The notes under the pieces are model-generated. The model was not told the DNA's origin. It ran no database searches and saw only the letters and a list, made by a program, of their open reading frames with translations. Shown here piece after piece: positions 53,954-62,364 of a stretch of 64,000 nucleotides of DNA (within the stretch, counting starts at the first letter, position 1; each line of letters opens with the position of its first letter). Made by a program: the position numbers and the translations under genes. Source of the stretch: an uncultured Clostridia bacterium (GTDB lineage: Bacteria > Bacillota > Clostridia > TANB77 > CAG-508); the NCBI GenBank assembly GCA_910589185.1, contig CAJUSU010000001.1:1191-65190 (forward strand), read 5' to 3'.

Positions 53954-55771
53954 TTGAAAAATAGTATAAAAACATTAGCAATGTGGTTGATTATTGGAAT
54001 TATTTTAATTGTATTAATTAGTTCTATTATTGAAAACACTGATAGTAAATTAGCGTATTCTGATTTAATAGCAAAGGTTGAAGCAGGAGAAGTAAAAGAA
54101 ATAACACTAGCTGCAAATGGCAAAAAAGCAGAAGTAAAATTGAAAAATGAAAATTTCACAAAGGAAGTTAATATTCCTAGTGTAGATAATTTAATGGAAA
54201 CATTAACAGATAATATGAAAGCTGGAAGTGTTACAGTAAATGAAAAATCAGAATCTATTTGGATGGTATTTTTAAGTTTACTAACACCATTTGGATTACT
54301 AATCATATTCTTTATTTTCTGGTTCCTATTAATGGGAGGAGCACAAGGAGGCAATGGTGGAAATGGCAAGACTATGTCGTTTGGTAAAAGCCGTGCTAGA
54401 ATGATAAATCCAGCAGATAAGAATAGAATTACTTTTGATAATGTAGCTGGTGTAGACGAAGAAAAAGAAGAATTAGAAGAAATAGTAGAATTCTTAAAAA
54501 ATCCAAGAAAGTTTACTGAAATGGGTGCAAGAATTCCAAAAGGTGTACTATTAGTAGGTCACCCAGGAACTGGTAAAACATTATTAGCAAAGGCAGTTGC
54601 AGGAGAAGCAGGAGTACCATTTTTCTTTATCAGTGGTTCTGACTTTGTGGAAATGTTTGTTGGTGTTGGTGCATCACGTGTAAGAGATTTATTTGAAGAA
54701 GCTAAGAAAAAAGCTCCTTGTATTATATTTATTGACGAAATTGATGCTGTAGGGCGTCAAAGAGGTGCTGGACTTGGTGGAGGACATGATGAAAGAGAGC
54801 AAACTTTAAACCAATTATTAGTAGAAATGGATGGTTTCTCAGCTAATGAAGGTGTTATTGTATTAGCAGCAACTAACAGACCAGATGTATTAGATAAAGC
54901 ATTATTAAGACCAGGAAGATTTGACAGACAAATTGTAGTATCAAATCCAGATGTAAAAGCAAGAGAGCAAATTTTAGAAGTTCATAGCAGAAAGAAAAAA
55001 CTAGCAGATGATGTAGACTTAAAAACAATTGCCAAAAACACTTCAGGTTTCTCAGGAGCAGACCTAGAAAATGTATTGAATGAAGCAGCATTACTTGCGG
55101 CAAGAAGAAATTTAGAACAAATTACGATGCAAGAAGTAGAAGATGCTATGGTAAAAGTAACAATGGGACCTGAAAAGAGAACAAGAGTAAGAAGTGAGAA
55201 AGAGCAAAAGTTGGTTGCTTTCCATGAAGCAGGTCATGCAGTAGTAAGCAGATTTTTGCCAACACAAGACCCTGTACATCAAATTTCGATTATTCCAAGA
55301 GGTATGGCTGGTGGATATACGATGTATCGTCCAACAGAGGATAAGAACTTTATGTCTAGAACAGAAATGGTAGAAAATATTGTTTCACTTCTTGGTGGTA
55401 GAGTAGCAGAGAAATTAGTATTAGATGATATTTCAACAGGTGCAAGTAACGATATCGAAAGAGCAACACAAATTGCTAGAAGTATGGTTACGAAATATGG
55501 TATGAGTGAAAGAGTAGGAACCATTACACTAGGTTCTAACCAAGAAGAGGTATTTTTAGGAAGGGACTTAGCACAAGGAAGAGAATACTCAGAAGAAACA
55601 GCAGGCATTGTAGATGAAGAAGTAAAGAGTATCATTGATTTTGCTTATAGAAAAGCAGAAGAATTATTAAAGGCTCATATGGAGCAATTAACAAAAGTAG
55701 CTAATGTCTTATTAGAGAAAGAAAAGATTGACGGGGAAGAATTTGACGAGATTTTTGGAGAAGAACAATAA
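53954..55771 (+). CDS. ftsH: ATP-dependent zinc metalloprotease FtsH
   Basis: TTG start 7 nt after AGGAGG. Two TM helices, the Walker A motif GHPGTGKT, the second region of homology, and the HEAGHA zinc motif are present. Confidence 0.95.
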   Translation: MKNSIKTLAMWLIIGIILIVLISSIIENTDSKLAYSDLIAKVEAGEVKEITLAANGKKAEVKLKNENFTKEVNIPSVDNLMETLTDNMKAGSVTVNEKSESIWMVFLSLLTPFGLLIIFFIFWFLLMGGAQGGNGGNGKTMSFGKSRARMINPADKNRITFDNVAGVDEEKEELEEIVEFLKNPRKFTEMGARIPKGVLLVGHPGTGKTLLAKAVAGEAGVPFFFISGSDFVEMFVGVGASRVRDLFEEAKKKAPCIIFIDEIDAVGRQRGAGLGGGHDEREQTLNQLLVEMDGFSANEGVIVLAATNRPDVLDKALLRPGRFDRQIVVSNPDVKAREQILEVHSRKKKLADDVDLKTIAKNTSGFSGADLENVLNEAALLAARRNLEQITMQEVEDAMVKVTMGPEKRTRVRSEKEQKLVAFHEAGHAVVSRFLPTQDPVHQISIIPRGMAGGYTMYRPTEDKNFMSRTEMVENIVSLLGGRVAEKLVLDDISTGASNDIERATQIARSMVTKYGMSERVGTITLGSNQEEVFLGRDLAQGREYSEETAGIVDEEVKSIIDFAYRKAEELLKAHMEQLTKVANVLLEKEKIDGEEFDEIFGEEQ

Positions 55772-55780
55772 AAAATAGAA

Positions 55781-55823
55781 CTAGGGGCATTTCATATCTT
55801 TATGAAATGCCCCTAGCTTTTTT
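55781..55823 (+). terminator. Rho-independent terminator after ftsH
   Basis: CTAGGGGCATTTCATA-tctt-TATGAAATGCCCCTAG followed by CTTTTTT. Confidence 0.85.
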
Positions 55824-55831
55824 GTAGAATA

Positions 55832-55860
55832 TTGAAATCTCGATGAAATTATGTTATCAT
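55832..55860 (+). promoter_or_regulatory. Candidate promoter for the 116-aa gene
   Basis: TTGAAA, a 17-nt spacer, then TATCAT. Confidence 0.4.
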
Positions 55861-55949
55861 ATAAATAGTTAATTTTACTATCCTATTTTTCATTATAATC
55901 TTATTGTATAGCAACTATTGTAAAATAATTATTTTAAGGAGGTATCAAA

Positions 55950-56300
55950 ATGAATATTTTATTATCTTTGTTATTTTTGTCACTGGTTGGTGCATTTATT
56001 ATTTTATGGCCTATTTTTGTAATTTGGATTGTGACAAGAATTCACTTTACTTTTGTATATTGGACTAGTTATGTTTATGCAAGAATTTCTTATAAGAAAG
56101 ATCGGTATGAGGCAACAAGAAATTTGCAGGAATTAGAAGAGGAACTTAAACAAATGGAGCATGAAGAATTAAGATTCATTCTCAACAGGTGTTTTGGTAC
56201 TACTCATAAAGTATATTATGATGTAGAGCAACATAATATACTTATTTGGAAAAAACAAGGTTATAAAAAAGGTCTTCAAGTATCAATGCGATGCAAATAG
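55950..56300 (+). CDS. Hypothetical small membrane protein (116 aa)
   Basis: A strong RBS AAGGAGG lies 7 nt upstream. The N-terminal region is hydrophobic (LLSLLFLSLVGAFIILWPIFVIWIV). I recognised no family. Confidence 0.6.
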   Translation: MNILLSLLFLSLVGAFIILWPIFVIWIVTRIHFTFVYWTSYVYARISYKKDRYEATRNLQELEEELKQMEHEELRFILNRCFGTTHKVYYDVEQHNILIWKKQGYKKGLQVSMRCK

Positions 56301-56350
56301 ACTATGGTAATTTATAATAAACTATTAGACATGAAGAAATAAAGATAATA

Positions 56351-56390
56351 ATGCAAGGGAGAAGTGTTTTTTGCTTCTCTCTTGCATTTT
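56351..56390. terminator. Bidirectional terminator between the 116-aa gene (+) and the PBP gene (-)
   Basis: ATGCAAGGGAGAAG-tgttttttg-CTTCTCTCTTGCAT followed by TTTT. There is one G-T mismatch. Confidence 0.7.
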
Positions 56391-56403
56391 AAAGATTTCA
56401 ATT

Positions 56404-58614
56404 TTAATTTCCCATTGTTACTTTGATAATAGTTCCTTCTTCCACAGATGTTCCTTGAATAGGGTCCTGACTGACTACAATGCCAGAGCCAGTAACACTT
56501 AAGTTTAAGTTACTTTTCTTCAATTCTTCTTTTACTTGAGAAAGATTTTTGTTAATTAAGTTTGGTACTTTTTTAGAAACACGAGTATTTTCAGTTTCTG
56601 TATATAGTTTTATAATTGAGTCTTTTGTTAATTGAGAACCTTTTACAGGGAATTGATCTGTTACTAATTCATCAGATTTACCAGAAGTGCTACAAGTAAA
56701 TCCAGCTTTTTCTAATATCTTCTTTGCCTCTGCAACAGTTTTATTTGTTACATTTGGTAAAGTAGTAGTATTACTAGTAGTGTTTTTAGTACTATCCACA
56801 GGAACTTGCATATATGGCAAGATTTCTTTTAACATTTGCTGAGAGGCAATTGCAGCAATAGGGGTACCTACTGAATTAGCATTTCCTTTTGTAGGGTTAT
56901 ATAAAGTAACAAGCATTACTATTTCTGGATTTTCTAATGGAGAAACAGATACGAAGGAAAAGGTAAGTCCTTCATCTGGATTTCCTGGGTCAGGTTCTGA
57001 AGTACCAGTTTTACCGCCAATAGAGTATCCCTTAATTTGTGCATATCTACCTGTACCATTTGTTACAACTGTTTCCATCATAGACAAGACTTCCTCAGCA
57101 GTTTCTTTGGAAATAACTTGTCTTACTTGAACTGGAGAAATAGTAGTAACTGCTCCATTATCTGTATTTTTCATTTCACTTACAATTCTAGGCTTCATAA
57201 GCATGCCATTATTTGCTATACTAGATACTGCTGTAATCATTTGTAATGGTGTAATTTTAAATCTTTGCCCAAATGACATAGTAGCGAGTTCAATAGGCCC
57301 CACATTATCTACATTCCAGAAAATAGGAGAACCATTTTCTTCAGCAGTTTCTATTCCTGTTTTTTGGAAGAGGCCAAAGGCGTCATAGTATTTATAGAAT
57401 GTATTAGCCCCTACCTTTTGTCCTAATTGGATGAAAGATGGGTTACAAGAATGTGCTAAAGCATCTCTTAAACTTTGGTATCCATGTTTAGTACGGTGGG
57501 CACAGTTTATATTAATCCCAGCTACTGTTTGGTATCCTTTACAATAGTATACTTTAGACTTATCGGTACTTGCTTTATCTTCTTCTAAGGCAACAGCAGC
57601 AGATATAATTTTAAATACAGAACCAGGTTCATAAGTGTCTGAAACAGCACGATTACGATAGACAGAATATAATGTTTTTGTTTGGTCTTCAGAAGACATT
57701 TTTTTCCATTCTTTTTCTTTCAAATAACTTGGCATTTCAAAAGGAGTGTTTAGGTTATAGTCAGGGTAGGTAGCCATTGCTAAAATATCACCAGTTTTAG
57801 GATTCATAGCAATTACATTACCACCACGTTCACAACCGTTTTCAATACAGGCCTTTTTTAAGTATTTTTCTACAATGGCTTGAATATTAGCATCAATTGT
57901 TAAAGTAAGGTCATATCCGTTTTCAGCAGGAATATAAGTTTGATTTTCATCTGGTATAAAGTCTTGAAAAGCATCTTGAGAAGTAACTACTTTACCGGGT
58001 GTACCAGTTAAAATATTATCCCAATAAAGTTCTAGACCGTATAGACCTTGATTATCATTTCCGCAAAAGCCAATTAAAGACGAAGCCAAATTTTCATAGG
58101 GATAGGATCTTTTAGTATCTTCTTCAATGTTAATTCCACTTGAACACTGTTCTTCTTTCATCCAAGCTTTTAAAATGTCTACTTTATCTTTATCTACTTT
58201 TCTGACAATAGTCTCATAGGAATTTTCGCTAGATACCTTTTTTAAAACAGTTTCATAGTCTAATTCAAAAATATCTGAAAAAGCTTTTGCAACTTTTTCC
58301 TTTAAAGCCTTAGTAGCGCCTTCATCTAATTTGCCACCATTTAAGGCAACAATACTTTTAGGATTAATGGTGATAGTATCTACTGGTGCACTAACAGCAA
58401 GTGTTTTTCCATTAGTGTCATAAATGGTACCTCTGTGTGGATTAACTAACCTACTAGTAATAAGTTGATTATACATTTGTTCCTTTAAATCAGCACCTTG
58501 TACAAATTGAAGAAAACCAAGACGAATGATTAGTAAAATTAGTAAAGCAAAAAATACTAACATAATTACTGTTAATTTTTTAGAAGTAGTATATAATTTT
58601 TTTACTCTGCTCAT
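56404..58614 (-). CDS. Class B penicillin-binding protein (PBP2B/SpoVD/FtsI-like transpeptidase) with two C-terminal PASTA domains
   Basis: N-terminal TM anchor. SVFK (SxxK), SCN (SxN) and KTGT motifs are present. Two PASTA-like repeats are present (LPNVTNKTVAEAKKILEKAGF..., VPNLINKNLSQVKEELKKSNL...). The RBS is AAGGAGG. Confidence 0.9.
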   Translation of the reverse strand: MSRVKKLYTTSKKLTVIMLVFFALLILLIIRLGFLQFVQGADLKEQMYNQLITSRLVNPHRGTIYDTNGKTLAVSAPVDTITINPKSIVALNGGKLDEGATKALKEKVAKAFSDIFELDYETVLKKVSSENSYETIVRKVDKDKVDILKAWMKEEQCSSGINIEEDTKRSYPYENLASSLIGFCGNDNQGLYGLELYWDNILTGTPGKVVTSQDAFQDFIPDENQTYIPAENGYDLTLTIDANIQAIVEKYLKKACIENGCERGGNVIAMNPKTGDILAMATYPDYNLNTPFEMPSYLKEKEWKKMSSEDQTKTLYSVYRNRAVSDTYEPGSVFKIISAAVALEEDKASTDKSKVYYCKGYQTVAGININCAHRTKHGYQSLRDALAHSCNPSFIQLGQKVGANTFYKYYDAFGLFQKTGIETAEENGSPIFWNVDNVGPIELATMSFGQRFKITPLQMITAVSSIANNGMLMKPRIVSEMKNTDNGAVTTISPVQVRQVISKETAEEVLSMMETVVTNGTGRYAQIKGYSIGGKTGTSEPDPGNPDEGLTFSFVSVSPLENPEIVMLVTLYNPTKGNANSVGTPIAAIASQQMLKEILPYMQVPVDSTKNTTSNTTTLPNVTNKTVAEAKKILEKAGFTCSTSGKSDELVTDQFPVKGSQLTKDSIIKLYTETENTRVSKKVPNLINKNLSQVKEELKKSNLNLSVTGSGIVVSQDPIQGTSVEEGTIIKVTMGN

Positions 58615-58662
58615 TGTACCTCCTTATATCATAAGCAAAATTGCTTATGGTGAATCTTTTGT

Positions 58663-59602
58663 TTAAACTCTCAATTTTTTGATAATTTTAATTTCATCAT
58701 ATAATTGCTTAATAACATTTTGTCTAATTATTAAAGCATTTTTATATTCTTCTAAAATTTGTGTATAGTTTTCGATTGTTTCGCCATCTTGCAATAGTAA
58801 GTGGATGCCCTCTAAATAATATTCTTTCGTTTTTTCCTTATTAGAAGCCTCCGCCTTTTTTTGATAACTTTGCATTAATTCTAAACGTTTGATTTGTTGT
58901 TTTAAATATTCTACATAGTCCATAACGCCACTAATTTCATATAGGGTGTCATCAATAACAACTTTAAAAAGTTTTTTCAAAATTAGCCCATTAATTTTGC
59001 CATCTTTTTCTTTTGATGCTAATTGATCTAAAGCGATGAATTTAGGATCTGGCTGGGCATCTTTGATTAATTCTTTTAATGTTTCAGAGATATTGACGTG
59101 TGTTTTATATTGTCTCTTTGTAATTAAAGCATCATATTCATCTGCAACACGCACGATTTGAGCTTCATAGGGAATATCTTTTTTCTTAATTCCGCTTGGA
59201 TATCCGAGAACCATCTAATGCTTCGTGATGATCTAAAGCAGCTAGAGCATAAGGACGCAATTTTGGTTCTTGCATACATATTTTATAACCTAAAGTAGTA
59301 TGCGTTTTCATAATTTCATACTCCTCTTCAGTTAATTTATCAGGTTTATTTAAAATTTTAGTAGGAATTTGCATTTTTCCAACATCATGCAAATAGCCAC
59401 AAATAGTACAGTGTATAGTAAAAGATTTTTTGCAATGTAAATATTCGCAAATTCTACAACATAGATTTGCTACATTTTCACTATGCTTTCTAGTAAAAAG
59501 ATCAAGTCTTTCTAAAATGTCAAGTTGATAGCGGACAGTTTGCTCTAAATTGTAGGTTTTTAAATCTATAGGACTATAAAAGTCAATTTTTTCATTTTTC
59601 AT
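58663..59602 (-). pseudogene. HD-GYP domain protein split by a 1-nt insertion inside the GYP motif (near nt 59204-59208)
   Basis: The upstream ORF (59186..59602) ends ...HDVGK...HHEALDGSRISKRN*. The overlapping ORF (58663..59214) reads MVLGYPSGIKKKDIPYEAQIVRVADEYDAL.... Removing one base from ggttctCggatat gives the canonical HHEALDGSGYPSGI. Confidence 0.8.
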
Positions 59603-59730
59603 ATTTTCACCTTATCTTCTTTTGTTATTTCTTAATGTAATCATACTATAAAAGAGAAAAATTGGCAAGTGGAAAATAAGGCGGTTCTAATTTTGAAAGA
59701 AATTTGAAATCAAAGTGCTCAATTTTTTAC

Positions 59731-59759
59731 TTGCAACATGAAATAAATTGATATATAAT
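59731..59759 (+). promoter_or_regulatory. Consensus-like sigma-A promoter for the XRE regulator gene
   Basis: TTGCAA, a 17-nt spacer, then TATAAT. Confidence 0.55.
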
Positions 59760-59873
59760 ACCCATATACTTCCTTTTATTTGAAGTGTCATTTTGATATC
59801 ATATTTCCATTAAAGACAAGAGCGAATGGCAATAGAAGCAATTTTTGAACGTTGAAAGAGGGAATATTATAAA

Positions 59874-60209
59874 ATGAGAAAGCAAAAGGAAATTATGATA
59901 GGCGATAAGCTAAAAGCACTTAGGAAAAGCTATGGATATACACAAGAAAAACTATCGGAATCAATTGAATGTTCAACAAGATATATTGGCAATATTGAGC
60001 AAAACAAGTCAAAACCATCTTATGAAATATTAGTGAAAATTTGTAACTTATTTCATGTGGGGACAGATACGATATTTAGTGAATACTTAGAAAAAGCAAG
60101 TAAAAAGAATCAGGATTTGGGACTTGCGGGTTTTGAAAAATTGAAACCAGAAAATCAAGAAATGATTTTACATTTAATTGAATATTTTAATAGGAACAAT
60201 GAAGAGTAA
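59874..60209 (+). CDS. XRE-family helix-turn-helix transcriptional regulator (111 aa)
   Basis: LKALRKSYGYTQEKLSESIECSTRYIGNIEQNKSKPSYEILVKICNLFHV is a typical HTH_3/Cro-C1 motif. A helical C-terminal tail follows. Confidence 0.85.
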   Translation: MRKQKEIMIGDKLKALRKSYGYTQEKLSESIECSTRYIGNIEQNKSKPSYEILVKICNLFHVGTDTIFSEYLEKASKKNQDLGLAGFEKLKPENQEMILHLIEYFNRNNEE

Positions 60210-60414
60210 TTTAAATGAACTAAAAAAGGAAGAAATAGAAAGGTAGGGTGCCATTTTGTGACATCATATTTTTCTATTTTTGTCTATTCTAGGAAGAAAG
60301 ATATCCAAAGGTTCTTTTAGTAAATAAAAGGAAGTCTAGCATAAAAAGCAGAAAAGGGGGAACAGTAGTAATAAGGAGAGGAGGAAGCCTTTCTAGTAAA
60401 AGGCAAGTACAAAT

Positions 60415-60555
60415 ATGAAAGATAGGAAAAAGGAAATCAATGAACTACTAAAAAAACTAGACGAAATGCTAAAAGAAAATAAGCCAAAAGAAGAGACAGA
60501 GAGTGTGATTAACGAACTAGAAAAACTATTAAAAGAATATCTAGAAGAAGAATAA
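60415..60555 (+). CDS. Possible 46-aa highly charged helical protein (Spo0E-like or SinI-like small regulator?)
   Basis: ATG..TAA encodes MKDRKKEINELLKKLDEMLKENKPKEETESVINELEKLLKEYLEEE. No convincing RBS lies at the proper distance. It is below the ORF-track size cutoff. Confidence 0.3.
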   Translation: MKDRKKEINELLKKLDEMLKENKPKEETESVINELEKLLKEYLEEE

Positions 60556-60627
60556 AATGACTTGAAAATAGTAAATAAATTAAATATAATGGGAGCATAA
60601 TAAGAACTAAAAAATGGAGTGAAGAAA

Positions 60628-61926
60628 ATGCAAGATTTATTAATCAAAGGTGGAAGAGTATTACTATTTGAAGATAATGATGTAGTGATAGAAGAAAAGG
60701 ATATACTAATAAAAGATGGTAAGATTGTTCAAATAAAAGAGAAAATAGAAGAAGATAATATAAAAGTAATAGAGGCAGTAAATAATATTGTTATGCCAGG
60801 TCTTATTAATACACACGCTCATATTCCAATGAGCATTTTTAGAGAAACAACAGAAGGGTGCAAGTTATATGAATGGCTAAATGAAAAGATTTGGCCAAGG
60901 GAAGCAAAATTGACGAAAGAAGATGTTTATTGGGCAAGTATGTTGTCCTGTTATGAAATGATTTCAACTGGGACAACGACGATTAATGATCAATATTTTG
61001 TGTCAGAGGGAATTAGAAAAGCAGTAGAGGATTGTAAAATAAGAGCTGTTATTACCAGAACCATTATGGATACGGATACAGATGGTAATTATGAGCAGAG
61101 AGCAGAAGAATTTAAAGAGCTTTATGAAACGAGAGATAAAGATAATGATTTGATTACTTATTCTGTTGCACCGCACAGTTTATATACCTGCTCAGATGAA
61201 TGTTTACAAGCAACTGCAGATTTAGCAAGAGAATATCATTTGCCAATTCATGTACATTTTTTAGAGAGTGTTGATGAAATTCAAGACATTCAAAAGCAAC
61301 ATGGAAAGAAAGCGATAGAAGTATTAAAGCAATATTTTGATGGAATTCATACTATTTTAGCACATGGAGTGCATTTAGATGACGAAGATATTAAGCAATT
61401 AAAAGCAATGGACTGTGGAATTGCCCACAATCCAATTTCAAATTTAAGATTAGGTTGTACAATAGCTGATACTACTAGATACTTGCAAGAAGGAATTAAT
61501 GTAGCACTTGGAACAGATGGACAAGGCTCAGGAAGTAATTTAGATATGTTTGAAGCCATGAGAGTAGCTTGTTTAATTCAGGGTGGTATTCACGAAAACG
61601 AAGAGAGAATCACTGCTAAAGATATGCTCAATATGGCAACTATCAATGGAGCAAAGTTATTAGGATTAGAGGATAAAGTAGGTAGCATAGAAGTAGGAAA
61701 AGATGCAGATTTAATTTTAATAAATGTAGAAGAAAATTTGGATAATATTACTATGTTGCCAAATCTTAATGAAATAGCCAACTTAGTGTACAATACCAGT
61801 GGTAGAAATGTACAGACAACGATCGTAAAAGGTGAGGTACTAATGGAAAATAGGCAGATGAAAATTGGAAATGTGCAAGAAGTAATAGACCATTGCAAGG
61901 AAATTGCGAAGAGAATTGCACAATAA
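60628..61926 (+). CDS. Amidohydrolase-superfamily deaminase (MtaD / 5-methylthioadenosine-S-adenosylhomocysteine deaminase-like)
   Basis: Metal-binding motifs are present: INTHAHIPMS (HxH), HVHFLES, AHGVHL and ALGTDG. The start is set to ATG 60628 (MQDLLIKGG...), downstream of RBS GGAGTGA. The ORF-track GTG 60619 overlaps that RBS. Confidence 0.8.
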   Translation: MQDLLIKGGRVLLFEDNDVVIEEKDILIKDGKIVQIKEKIEEDNIKVIEAVNNIVMPGLINTHAHIPMSIFRETTEGCKLYEWLNEKIWPREAKLTKEDVYWASMLSCYEMISTGTTTINDQYFVSEGIRKAVEDCKIRAVITRTIMDTDTDGNYEQRAEEFKELYETRDKDNDLITYSVAPHSLYTCSDECLQATADLAREYHLPIHVHFLESVDEIQDIQKQHGKKAIEVLKQYFDGIHTILAHGVHLDDEDIKQLKAMDCGIAHNPISNLRLGCTIADTTRYLQEGINVALGTDGQGSGSNLDMFEAMRVACLIQGGIHENEERITAKDMLNMATINGAKLLGLEDKVGSIEVGKDADLILINVEENLDNITMLPNLNEIANLVYNTSGRNVQTTIVKGEVLMENRQMKIGNVQEVIDHCKEIAKRIAQ

Positions 61927-61936
61927 AATTTAACTA

Positions 61937-61965
61937 TTGACAAAAAGCAAATTAATAAGTATAAT
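61937..61965 (+). promoter_or_regulatory. Perfect consensus sigma-A promoter with no ORF downstream
   Basis: TTGACA (61937-61942), a 17-nt spacer, then TATAAT (61960-61965), immediately after the amidohydrolase stop. Confidence 0.7.
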
Positions 61966-61971
61966 AAATAT

Positions 61972-62060
61972 AGAAATAGGAAGCCACAAAAGTGGTCGCC
62001 TGTTAAAATGGTATTAATACACACTCTAATCAGGAAGCAGAGTGTGTATTTGTTTTATTT
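61972..62060 (+). ncRNA. Candidate small antisense RNA (type I antitoxin-like). It ends at the bidirectional terminator and overlaps the 3' end of the 36-aa ORF. The ends are inferred.
   Basis: A ~85-nt transcript is predicted from the consensus promoter to the hairpin AATACACACTCT-11 nt-AGAGTGTGTATT plus TGTTTTATTT. No ORF or RBS is present. Confidence 0.45.
62016..62050. terminator. Bidirectional terminator (perfect 12-bp stem)
   Basis: AATACACACTCT/AGAGTGTGTATT. A U-rich tract follows on the plus strand and a weaker one on the minus strand. Confidence 0.7.
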
Positions 62061-62165
62061 GCTTAATATATGTACAAGTACAATAATTAAGGCAATTGTA
62101 ATGATAGTTACTGACACTAGGCCAGCAAAAAGTAAAATAACTAATTGTAATAACATATCTACCAT
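62055..62165 (-). CDS. 36-aa hydrophobic peptide MVDMLLQLVILLFAGLVSVTIITIALIIVLVHILSK (type I toxin-like small membrane protein)
   Basis: RBS AAGGAGGTGA lies 5 nt upstream of the ATG at 62165. The SD can be sequestered by the adjacent CCUCCU-aaa-AGGAGG hairpin. The peptide is a single TM helix and the terminator follows directly after the stop. It is not in the ORF track because it is under 60 aa. Confidence 0.55.
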   Translation of the reverse strand: MVDMLLQLVILLFAGLVSVTIITIALIIVLVHILSK

Positions 62166-62221
62166 ACACATCACCTCCTTTTAGGAGGCGACACACTCTT
62201 GCATTTCCTATTCCATATAAT

Positions 62222-62250
62222 ATTATACAGATAAGTAAAAAGTAAGTCAA
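62222..62250 (-). promoter_or_regulatory. Near-consensus promoter for the 36-aa ORF
   Basis: The minus strand reads TTGACT, a 17-nt spacer, then TATAAT. Confidence 0.55.
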
Positions 62251-62302
62251 TAATTAAATTAAAAAATAAAACAAATTTTTTGTCGATAAGAAATAAAATC
62301 AC

Positions 62303-62331
62303 TTGCAAATTTTAGTAAAATCCAGTATAAT
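62303..62331 (+). promoter_or_regulatory. Sigma-A promoter for smc
   Basis: TTGCAA, a 17-nt spacer, then TATAAT. Confidence 0.55.
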
Positions 62332-62364
62332 TAACTCGAATTTATAAGAATTTAGGTGAAAAAG

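Noticed and set aside
53935-54369. 144-aa minus-strand ORF overlapping the ftsH start. The same reasoning covers 60393..60647, 61590..62024, 62026..62250 and the minus-strand ORFs inside smc (62352..63662).
   Set aside because: Each is antisense to, or out of frame with, a well-supported gene or small ORF. All have low-complexity composition and no RBS.
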